A stretch of DNA of 64,000 bases, from NCBI GenBank assembly GCA_012295275.1, contig CM022676.1:1054001-1118000 (forward strand), read 5' to 3'. Shown piece by piece: positions 14,679-26,289 of this stretch. Under the pieces are notes generated by a model that was not told the origin of the DNA, did no database searches, and saw only the letters and a list, made by a program, of their open reading frames with translations. The stretch's first letter is position 1; every line of letters begins with the position of its first letter. A program made the position numbers and the translations under genes. Source of the stretch: Chrysomallon squamiferum. Taxonomy: Eukaryota; Animalia; Mollusca.

Positions 14679-14764
14679 ATACTGTTGGGACAGCCATGTT
14701 TGCTGGGCTTGCAGTTATGGTTCTTCTTATGCCTCTAAATGCTTTGATAGCGATGAAACAAAAG
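14679..14764 (+). pseudogene. ABCC1: ABCC1-like TMD1 exon, 3'-truncated (TVGTAMFAGLAVMVLLMPLNALIAMKQK)
   Basis: ttcag acceptor; homology stops and the frame runs into TGA; the expected QMKxKDxRIKLMNEILNGIK segment is absent. Confidence 0.8.
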
Positions 14765-14901
14765 TTTTCTTGAAAAGAAATTTGTGTGTGTGTAGTTCTG
14801 TGTGTATCTATGTAAGTCTGAGTATTGGTGTGTGTTTATATGCATGTGCATACATGTGTGTGTATGTGTGTGTGACGATAATTTCGTTATTTCTAATTTA
14901 A

Positions 14902-15048
<147 letters not shown>

Positions 15049-15396
15049 TAATCTTGAATTCAGTTTTAAACTTTTACAGGTTTCATTTCAAACACAGAAA
15101 AAAAATATAAATAGAATAAATAAATAAATTTAAAAAATACAAAAATAATTTACTGCAATAGTTGCCTTTAAGTTTTTTCTTGGAATTTCTGCTTATGAAA
15201 TTATCACAAAATGTCTATGCTTTCTAAAGAATATATTATTGTATTTAAACTGGTATGCCTATCTGATCTAGTTTTGTGAAGTGTAAAAATATTACTTTTT
15301 CTTAAAATTATTATTATTTACATTATGATTTTTATTATCAGGTTATTTGGACATGTACTATAAATAAATACATTATTTGTTCATTTTTCAATTTTT

Positions 15397-15443
<47 letters not shown>

Positions 15444-15450
15444 TGATCAG

Positions 15451-15597
15451 GTTACCTCAGCAACTTTTACTACCTATGTACTTACCTCAGACACTGGATA
15501 CCTCGATGCACAGAGAGCATTTGTTGCTCTCTCACTCTTCAACATTCTCCAATTTCCTATGAATTTACTACCTATGATAGTTTCCTATGTTGTGCAG
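15451..15597 (+). CDS. ABCC1: ABCC1-like TMD1 exon (VTSATFTTYV...AFVALSLFNILQFPMNLLPMIVSYVVQ)
   Basis: atcag / gtaaac. Confidence 0.9.
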
Positions 15598-15687
15598 GTA
15601 AACATAAAAATGTCTTTGACATTTGAACTCTGTGACACAGGTACCTAATTTCTTCTTACTTTTAAACTGTATTATTAAAGGTTAACA

Positions 15688-15885
15688 AATAGGTCATATT
15701 ACAGTTAAATTATTTTACATTTCAGGCTAATGTGTCAATAAGTCATATTACAGTATAATGTTTTACATGTGAGGTTAATGTGTCAGGTCATACTACAGTA
15801 AATGTTTTTATAATTACAGGCTAATGTGTCAGTATTAAACTTTTTAAACACAACGACTGTGTCACTCGTGATCCACACAGTTGTC
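15688..15885 (+). repeat. ~45-bp repeats of acceptor plus ANVS exon start, with an internally deleted exon remnant
   Basis: TTTTACATTTCAG|GCTAATGTGTCA recurs; remnant KHNDCVTRDPHS follows. Confidence 0.7.
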
Positions 15886-16459
15886 AGTATTTATTGTATT
15901 TGGAATTAAGAGTGTCTGAAATTAGTGAACTGTTTAAACAACTCTGAAAATAAAAAGTAATTGAAAATTTTGTTAAACAAATATATCCATAAAACTGTTA
16001 GAAGATTTAAATGTTGTTAACTTTGTTTCATAGTTTAGGGGAAAGAAAAAGTATCCATATTGGCTTGTACTTTTTGTTTTTATTTTCTATTTTCATACTT
16101 TATGTTTAGTTAAGGCTAGTTTATGATGTATGTTCTTTTTCATGTTTATGAATCATCATCATTATTTCAGGTATATTTTTAAGTTGTAACTTTGATGATA
16201 CAAAATCAATGGTCTAAATAGATTCTCTATACCTTTGTTTAATTAATAACAAAAAAACAGTACAAAAGAATAGATTTCAAGATATTTCACCATTATGTTT
16301 TGTGTACAGGGTGTATCATTGAGTTCAGGGCAGACCAAATATATCTATCTTTTAATTTTTTTACTTTAATTTTGTTGGGAAATAAACAGCTATTACACCA
16401 AAAAATTACTCCTAGAAAAGAACAGATGCTTTAGAGGAAACAAACTTTTATTTAAAATA

Positions 16460-16850
16460 TGTGAGACTAGTTAATTAATTAAAGTTCACGGATTTCAGTG
16501 TAAATACAGAGACGAATGATGGAAACCTGTATGCTGCAGTGAGATTATTTAGTTAATAAAAGGAAACTGATTTCAGTATGAACACAGATAGAGAATGGGA
16601 AGCTGTATGTTGTGCTGAGATAATTAATTACTCTTCACTGATTTCAGAATGGACGCAAAGATAGAGAATGGGAAGCTATATCTTGTGGTGGGACTAGTTA
16701 ATTTATTAAAGTTCACTGATTTCAGTATAAACATAGAGATAGAGGGTGGAAAGCTATATCTTGTGGTGGGACTAGTTAATTTATTAAAGTTCACTGATTT
16801 CAGTATAAACATTGAGATAGAGGATGGGAAGCTGTATGCTGTGGTTGGAC
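16460..16850 (+). repeat. ~78-bp minisatellite made of acceptor plus 5' end of the NBD1 Walker-A exon
   Basis: Unit AAGTTCACTGATTTCAG|TATAAACATAGAGATAGAGGATGGGAAGCTGTATGCTGTGG; last unit is the real exon start. Confidence 0.85.
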
Positions 16851-16930
16851 AGGTTGGGTCTGGAAAATCATCTCTGATTTCAGCTGTTCTAGGAGAGATG
16901 GAGGCACTGGAAGGGAAAGTTGTTGTCAAG
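16804..16930 (+). CDS. ABCC1: ABCC1-like NBD1 exon with Walker A ([10 protein letters not shown])
   Basis: ttcag / gtaaca. Confidence 0.92.
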
Positions 16931-17715
16931 GTAACAGTTTTGTAGCTTTAGATATATTCAACATATGGCTTAATTCTGTTTGACCATTCTTAAAACTAAG
17001 AAACTACTGAGTAACCTAACAAATTTTCTGTTAGTATTTTTGTATGAAAATGACAAAATTTAAATAAGCCAATTTGTTTAAAATACGAACGAGAAACAAA
17101 TAATTCTTTTTAAAAAATATTTCTTTTGAAGTTTATAAACAAAGTCTATTTGCTTTCTGTTTTTATATTTTTTTATAAGAAATACAAGTCTATGATGAAG
17201 CCCAGGAGTTTGAATGTTAGATATAAACTGGTTTTGGTTTGAGAGGTTCATGAGATGGGGTACTATAATATTAACAAAAAGCCAAAAATAAAAGTAACCA
17301 TTTGTCATAAAAAAGTAAACTAGTACTAATTTTTTATGGTAAGAAAAGTGATTATTTCCTTCAAGTTTCCATTCTGTAGCATAAAAAAATAACAATTTTT
17401 GCACAGGTGGAATCTAAGATATTTGTTATATCTAACAAAATATTTAGCTTAGTTAGGAGAAAAAAAAGGAACAAACTGCAGTGAGTGATAATGTACATTA
17501 TGCTTTGTATTATTTTTACTGTATATAATTTATGATAATTGATACAGACATTATTAAATTAGTATACTTAGTTCAGTTATTTCAGTCTAACATAATATAA
17601 TGTGTATTCACGGTTAGAGAAAATATTAAATTAGTATTTAGATATTAGTGCACATGTGTTAACTAGTATTTAGATGCTAGTAATTGTATATTAACAATTA
17701 TTAAGATATGTGTGA

Positions 17716-17928
<213 letters not shown>

Positions 17929-18371
17929 TAGGAGTGTCCTGTGATGTTATTAAACTTGTATATAGAATACATTAATACTCCTTTTTACATCATTTTGGCA
18001 TATGTCTCATTTTCCATTGCATCACTTTTCTGGAGAATATTTCTGTTCAGTATTTCTCTTTATTATTCTTTAAGATATTAGATTCTTCCATGAGTTATTT
18101 ACCCTTGTTTTATGGACTTTCTCGTCATTCTGTAGGCATTTTTAACAACCAGGTCACATCACTGGTTTTGGAATTAATCAATGTCATATTAGTATTACTT
18201 TATTCTGGATGTAACTTCCATCAGAATGATTAGAAGCTGTATATTTACAATATGTCATTGCTTGCAGCACATAATTCATTGTATTTCTACTGTAGAATAA
18301 AATTTAACATAAAAAATATTTGAAATTGAAAATTAAAAATTGTATTTTTTTAGATGAAACATTCCTAGTAA

Positions 18372-18668
<297 letters not shown>

Positions 18669-19147
18669 TAGGAAGTAGATCAGGTTTGGAGATGTTAACA
18701 CACAGTTATGTATAAAGATTTACATTTTTCTCTTTAACAATTTGGATTTGACATTCTCAGATACAAAGAACATTCTTCCCATCCTAAACATTTATTTGAA
18801 TATAAATATTAGTATTAATCAATGAGCTTAATGTTTTGTTTTTCTTTTATATTTGTTTATGCACACACAACAATAGATCACAGCACAGCAAATAACCTTT
18901 TAACTTCTCCTGTGCTTATCACTGCACTGGTTTTTATCATAATATTATCTATATTGGCCTAATTATCATCTTTTCTCCTACCATTGTTTAAGTTATTGTC
19001 GTTAGACAGTGATACCCATCTTGGTAATGATAGTTAAATTGTTAAGAAGGGTTACAAAAGAAACATTTACATTTTTTAGCTACTTTTATCAGAAAGTTGT
19101 TTAAGTAAATTCTAATTCCAACATTTCTTTTGTATTTGATCTTGCAG

Positions 19148-19334
19148 ACACAGATACTTGTTACTCATGGTATCCACTGGTTACCAATGGTTGAGAAAAT
19201 TATTGTAATGGTGGATGGTTGTGTATCAGAACTTGGCTCCTACGAGGAGCTGTTGAGTCATGATGGAGCATTTGCTCAGTTTCTTAAAACTTACTTCATT
19301 GAGGAGTCCAACAAAGAAGAGACAGATCCAGAAA
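19148..19334 (+). CDS. ABCC1: ABCC1-like NBD1 exon (TQILVTHGIHWLP...GSYEELL)
   Basis: tgcag / gtaag; H-loop. Confidence 0.9.
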
Positions 19335-20076
19335 GTAAGATGTCTTCTGTGTCTCTCTGTCTATCTTCAAAGTCAGATTTTGGCATGGATAAACCAGTTT
19401 ATTTGTAAATATCATTTATTTGCAATTGATTATGAAGATAAATTGCAGAAACTACCCAATAATGAAATATCATATCAGTTAAATTTACAAATGAACATGA
19501 TCCAATTATTATTTGTTACATAAACTTTAAAGAAAAACACAGTGATGAAGTCCTAACTGTGCTGTGACAGAAGACAGGGAGGAAACGGAAAGCAGCTTGT
19601 GTCAGATTACCTCACTGGTCACCTCGGTAACACGATACTCCAAACCTTCCAGTCAAGTAGAAAAGACAGCAGCAGAGGAACAGGCTGGCAGTCAGAGGCA
19701 GACAGTTTGAAATCTGGATTCACTGACCTAATTACAGAAAAACACCCAAATCTCCAAGTCATCAATAATAACAAGAGATAAAAACACAGTCTGCCAAGCA
19801 GTAGCAGATGTGACTCAACCACTCTCCTCAGGTCTACACACCTCTCTCTGTCTTCAGATTCCTGTAAGAGATCAGCTGAACACCACAACCCATTGTGCTG
19901 CCTCTTCAACTACTTCACTTATCTAACAACACATTTTATTATGTTTTGATAAATGAATGTTTACATTCCATTTGAACTTTTCTTATCTGTATTTTATTTT
20001 TTCATTCAGCATTTATAAAATACTTAGTTTGTATTTAAAATTATTATAAGTACACACATAGACACTTGTTTTTCAG

Positions 20077-20158
20077 TTGAGGCAATCAAGTCAAAAATTC
20101 AGGAGAGAGTAGACAATGTAACTTCAGATTCAGCAAAAACATCTGGAGATGATTCAGG
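20077..20158 (+). CDS. ABCC1: ABCC1-like linker exon (EAIKSKIQERVDNVTSDSAKTSGDDS)
   Basis: tttcag / gtacac; phase 1 to phase 2 fits neighbours. Confidence 0.7.
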
Positions 20159-20594
20159 GTACACAGTTCTCTTACATCATGAGTTAAAATCTTTGCCATG
20201 TTTCATTTTCACTGATCAAAGACAACCTCTACAATAATTTGTTGATGTTAAGTAGTTTGTTTGTTTGTTGAACACTGATTTGAGACAGTGTGAGGTAAAT
20301 CAGTGGAGTATTAACTGTTGAGGAGTTTCAGTGACAGTTTCTTCTTTCACATTACTTTAGCAGAATCATACGTTTGACACAGTTCTTTTAATATTTCAGT
20401 TAGGATAGTTTTGATTGGCAAATAAATAGTGGACTCTCTCTTTCTCTTGAGTTTGTACATTATCGATTGTGTTGCTTATGTGTGTGCTTGACTTTTGTTT
20501 ATGTATGTGTTTGTATGTACTGTGTGTCTGTATATGTGTGTGTGTGTTCTATATTTAACACGTTATAAAATGGTGTATTTTGTTGTGTGTTTAG

Positions 20595-20766
20595 TGTGAG
20601 GACTGCAGCTGTTTTTAGAGGACAGCAATGTCTACATACAGGAGACAAACACAGCATCAACACAGATGAAAAACAGGATGAAAAACAGGGTGAAAATAAA
20701 GGTGAAAAGACAGGTGAAAAGAAAGGTGAAAAACTTGTTCAGATAGAAAAATCAGAAACAGGACAG
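20595..20766 (+). CDS. ABCC1: ABCC1-like linker exon (...GEKLVQIEKSETGQ) with 12-bp GEK repeat
   Basis: ttag / gtgag; ExxETGxV motif precedes TMD2; acceptor uncertain. Confidence 0.75.
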
Positions 20767-21257
20767 GTGAGATAAATACATTCATTTATATAAAATAGAA
20801 AACTTTGTTCTGTGTTTGAGTGGAGAAATGATAAATGAAACTGTTAATCTTAGATATTTTGTCATCACTAATTTGAAACAAAAAACCAGCACTACATTTT
20901 ACTAGTAATAGTCCTGTATTTACATGATGTTTGCTTTTTCTTGAACACAGTTTTAGGCAGCTAATTAAAAAACTGGAGCTATGCTCATTTCCTGATGAAC
21001 ACTCAAAGACTTCTTGCTGAGTTAGTTGTATATCAACAAATATTTATTTTGGATATGTGTAGGTTTTCTTTTCACTGTATCAGATATTAGAAAGTACTGT
21101 AAACACAGACATTACAAGGGATAAATCTGGGATAAGATTTAGAAACTAGTGCAATATAAACAAACACACACACTCACATTTGTTTTTGGCTTAAAATGCG
21201 TGACAATGCAAAGTCTAAATTGCATCTGTGAAATATTTATCTAAATTTTACTTTCAG

Positions 21258-21489
21258 GTTAAGATGTCTATCTACATACAGTATGCGAAGTCTATTGGGT
21301 ATGTGATGACATTGTTTATTGTGATGCTGTATGCTGGGTTCCAAGGTGCCAGTGTTTTCTCTAACATCTGGTTGAGTGACTGGACAGACGATGACCTGCT
21401 GAAGAACACAAGTGTTTCTAACACCACCGAGTATCAGAACAGAAACACAATGTACCTGGGTGTGTACGGAGGTCTGGGGCTCGCACAAG
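21258..21489 (+). CDS. ABCC1: ABCC1-like TMD2 exon (VKMSIYIQYAKSIG...NIWLSDWTDD...YLGVYGGLGLAQ)
   Basis: ttcag / gtgtgt. Confidence 0.92.
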
Positions 21490-21784
21490 GTGTGTACACT
21501 AGTTTAAGTAGTCACTAACTAGCTGATGATCACATTAACAGATCACATTTGTATACTTCAGTCATGTGTTTGTAAACATGCTATACAAGAACACTACAAA
21601 TCATGGCATAGTGCTATTATGATGTTTTACTATTTCCTGTTCCAGGCAATGCTCTGTGAGCTATATTATGAAATTTATTCAACTAGTAATGAACATTAGT
21701 AATATATTCAGTAACATTATTTCAGTTGTGACACTACATTTATTTGTTTATCTAGAGTAGTGAACTGAAGAAACTTTGTTTTAG

Positions 21785-22095
21785 CTGTTATAGTTCTGTC
21801 CTACTCTGTGCTGACGGCCAAACAGACGATACTCGCAGCAGGAAATCTTCACAGAGCCATGCTACACAACATCCTCCACTCACCAATGAGCTTCTTCGAC
21901 ACTACACCCACTGGTCGAATTATCAACCGATTTTCACGAGATATTGACACAATTGACAACAACATGCCTTACGTGTTTCGAATGTGGACGACAACTATGT
22001 TTTCAGTGATGAGTATGTTCATCGTCATTAGCTACAGCACTCCGATATTCCTTGTCATGGTTATCCCCCTTGCTCTCTTCTACTGGTTTATTCAG
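21785..22095 (+). CDS. ABCC1: ABCC1-like TMD2 exon (...SPMSFFDTTPTGRIINRFSRDIDTID...)
   Basis: ttag / gtaac. Confidence 0.92.
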
Positions 22096-22882
22096 GTAAC
22101 GTGTTTACTCACTGCTCACCAGAACCGTAGTTTACACTTACTTGTAGTCTTGTGTGTGTTTTACTTTTTCTCCTTTTGTTTAACAATTATTTGTAGTAGA
22201 AAAATAAATACTAACTGATAAAAATTTAAATAATCAATTATTGATCACTAGTCTGAGTTGTTGTAGTCAATTTTGTAGTTCACGTCCAATTTTATAACTT
22301 GGCATGGATCAGATAATTGTGTGTTCAGTAAATCTGACTAAAATGTTTTTGTCTTGCTTATTTTTAGAATTTATAAACAATTTAAAACTGATTTATGAGA
22401 CAACATGATTGAATGTACAGTAATAGCAGTCTTACAGATTATTATGTTTTAGCATTAGAATTATATTCCTTGTCACACATCATCTCAGTATTGATATTTA
22501 TTTGTCTTATGTTTGACTTCAAAACAGACTGAATACTTTTTATTTTAAGTAGCATTTCTTTTACTAATTTTAATTTACTGCCAGTTAGATTAATTTTTTA
22601 GTCATTGTTTATAGAAACTAGAAATAATGACTGTTATAACAAATCCTACACTGGATGCTAATTCGAAATTAAAAAAAAAATCTAAAGTGTATTTAAAAAT
22701 CAAATGGGAACTATATGACTTTTTGATTTTTTAAAGAAACAATATTTAATTTGAGTTTTATATTACTTGAAACACTGAATCTCTTAACATTGTCGTTTGA
22801 ATGTGAAGTATATTAATTGACGTTTTGAATTCTATCATGTAGTATTTACAAAGTTTTCTGTTTTCAATTTGAACTTTCACAG

Positions 22883-23082
22883 AGATTTTACATTCCTACG
22901 TCTCGACAGTTGAAGAGAATTGAGTCGGTGACGAGATCTCCGATTTACTCTCACTTCAGTGAAACGATAACAGGAGCAACAACCATCAGAGCTTTTGCTG
23001 TCACTGAGAGATTTTATCAAGAGTCACAGGCAAAAGTCGACAAAAATCTCATCTATTATTTTAGTGGGATTGCTTCAAACAG
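22883..23082 (+). CDS. ABCC1: ABCC1-like TMD2 exon ([28 protein letters not shown]...)
   Basis: acag / gtttt. Confidence 0.92.
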
Positions 23083-23571
23083 GTTTTTTACTTTCCACAC
23101 ACAAATCATATATAAATTTATCTTTAATTTATATTTCTCTACTTAAATATATTTTTTATTTCTTTATTATTATTTTTGTCTGATTGTTTCAAACAGTTTT
23201 TTCATTTTCTGCACACAAATTTATATAGAAACACTAAACATCCTGACAAACAACCTGATACTTGGAAACATTTACATTGATGCAGAATGGATGCATACCT
23301 TTATTACATTTTTTATCAGAAAGCTGACAATTAAAAAGACAAATCACAGCATAAAATAGGCTCAACACTGCAAAGAAGGAATTAAAGTTGTATAACTTGT
23401 GTATATTTTCTCAGATGTATATTTATTAGAATTTTCTACTTGAACAAAAATCACTTATTAACATCAGTGCTGACATGGTAATGTTCTATACTTATTTAGT
23501 ATAGGTCCATAAACTGTCACGTAATTATTGGAACAATAAACACGTTAACATTTCTGACATTTTGTTTTCAG

Positions 23572-23695
23572 GTGGTTGGGCTGGAGACTGGACTTGATAG
23601 GAAGTCTGGTTGTTCTAGCAGCAGCCATGTTTGCAGTCAGCACAGATGGACTTCAGGGTGGACTTGTTGGTCTGTCTATCTCTTACGCTCTTCAG
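23572..23695 (+). CDS. ABCC1: ABCC1-like TMD2 exon (WLGWRLDLIG...GLVGLSISYALQ)
   Basis: ttcag / gtgaaa. Confidence 0.9.
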
Positions 23696-23833
23696 GTGAA
23701 AATAATACATTTACATATATACACATCTACCTGTGTGTGTGAGTGTGTGTGTGTCTGTGTTTACTTCAGTGTGGACTTGTCTATCTCTTACACTCTACAG
23801 GTGAAAATAATACATTTACATATATACACATCT

Positions 23834-23912
<79 letters not shown>

Positions 23913-24250
23913 ACTGTGTGTGTGTGTGTGGACTATGTGTGTGTGTGTGTGAATGTGTGTGTGTGTGTGTGTTTACTTCAGGGTGGACTTGTTGGGAAAA
24001 TAACACATTTACATATATACACATCTACCTGTGTGTGTGTTGTTGGTGTGTCTGTGTGTGTGTGTGTTTACTTCAGGGTGGACTTGTTGGTCTGTCTATC
24101 TCTTAGCTCTTCAGGTGAAAATAACACATTTACATATATACACATCTACCTGTGTGTGAGTGTGTGTGTGTGAGTGTGTGGGTGTTTACTTCAGAGAGGA
24201 CTTGTTGGTCAGTTCATCTTTTTTTTACACTCTGCATGTGGAAATAACAC
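23650..24250 (+). repeat. Tandem copies of exon 3' end plus donor plus (TG)n tract
   Basis: CTTCAGGGTGGACTTGTTGGTCTGTCTATCTCTTA..CAG|GTGAAAATAA recurs about 5 times. Confidence 0.85.
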
Positions 24251-24550
24251 AGAACTGTTTTGTACATACATTTCTGGTTGTGCTTTGCTCACATCTGTCC
24301 TCTCATCATTTCCCTTTCCAGCAGATCATCATAATACCATGAACTGTCTCCGACTTCAGATTTTTCTCACTTAGAATATAATGTGATTGCTTGATTCAGT
24401 CCTAAAGACAAAAGTAATTCATGTTTTGTTTACTCAGCTTATCACCTCGCCTGGATGTAGTGTTATACAGTCTCAGTAGTTTAGTGACAGACAGCAACCT
24501 CTGCCTCAACTTTTAGAATGTTGTGATTTCACACACGAGATGAACAGTGA

Positions 24551-24688
<138 letters not shown>

Positions 24689-24830
24689 TAAATTTTTATT
24701 TTTGTTTTATTTGAACAATAAAATTATCAAATATTTTAATGTTATCTTGAAAATATGTGATGTATGTAGTAAATTCTGTAATGATATAGATATATTCTTT
24801 TTTTTTTAACTTTTGAATTTAGTCAATTTA

Positions 24831-24876
<46 letters not shown>

Positions 24877-24968
24877 TGATAATTCTTTCAACAGCAGTAT
24901 TTCTCAATTATTTGTCAAGTTATTTTTCATACAATCACTGTGACTTAGTAACAGAGTGAGTCTTGCAG

Positions 24969-25115
24969 GCGGAATGGGAAAACCCGTCACAATGTCCTCC
25001 AGATGACTGGCCACAGAGAGGAGAGATTGAATTTCTCAACTATCAAACTCGTTATCGACCTGGACTTGACCTCATTATTAAAGGAATTACCTGTCAGGTG
25101 AATGGAGGACAAAAG
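24969..25115 (+). CDS. ABCC1: ABCC1-like exon (AEWEN...WPQRGEIEFLNYQTRYRPGLDL...GQK)
   Basis: tgcag / gtaaa. Confidence 0.92.
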
Positions 25116-25486
25116 GTAAATTATTTTATTTACTTTATTATGATAACCTTTTTTTCTTTCTTTATTATAATAATCTTTTCTTTTTCTCTTTTATTTTAAA
25201 TGAAATAGTTGTTGATTTATATATTTTCAATTTATAGGTTTACGAAATAAGATTCTGGATTTTTATTGTTTGTTTTAGAAGTTAAATATCTTAGTGTTTG
25301 CACTTAGAAGATAAACATAAGGAAAAAAATAGTTTAAAATATATATATATATATATATGTACATACATTTACAGCTAGTTAGTCGTTGTTCAAAGTATCT
25401 GGTGATGTAAATTAATAATGTAAATACTAAACTAAACACTAATGCACTGATACTTTGGTAGTACACAGACTGTATTTAGATTGTGA

Positions 25487-25696
<210 letters not shown>

Positions 25697-25723
25697 TAAA
25701 ATAAACTTTCAGTGGGATTGTGT

Positions 25724-25950
25724 CAGTAGTGATGTGTGTGACTGAGTAAGTAAGAAAAATCAACAAAGTTTTATTTTTCAGTAGTGATGTGTGTGACTGA
25801 GTAAGTAAGAAAAATCAACAAAGTTTTATTATTCAGTAGTGATGTGTGTGACTGAGTAAGTAAGAAAAATCAACAAAGTTTTATTTTTCAGTAGTGATGT
25901 GTGTGACTGATAGAGTAAGTAAGAAAAATCAACAAAGTTTTATTTTTCAG
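25724..25950 (+). repeat. 55-bp tandem repeat x4, each unit ending in an acceptor site
   Basis: CAG at 25724, 25779, 25834, 25889 and 25948. Confidence 0.9.
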
Positions 25951-26061
25951 GATCCAGTGTTATTCTCCGGCAGTCTGAAAATGAACATCGACCCATTCAA
26001 CCGGTTCACAGAGTCTCAGATCTGGACAGCTCTGAAACACACTCACCTCGACAAGTTTGTC
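25951..26061 (+). pseudogene. ABCC1: ABCC1-like NBD2 exon, truncated (DPVLFSGSLKMNIDPF...LKHTHLDKFV)
   Basis: Homology stops before the EGGENLS signature. Confidence 0.85.
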
Positions 26062-26119
26062 TGTTTAGATCTAGACCATAGATTCCAGTCTCTATATAAT
26101 TAATAATATAAAAATTTAA

Positions 26120-26255
26120 ATGTATCTGATGAATATTGAAGTGTGAAAATATTACTTTTTCTTAAAATTATTCTTATTTACTATTGATTTTTATTATCAG
26201 GTTATTTTGACATACACTATAAATAAATACATTTCTTATTCATTTTTCAAATTTT

Positions 26256-26289
<34 letters not shown>

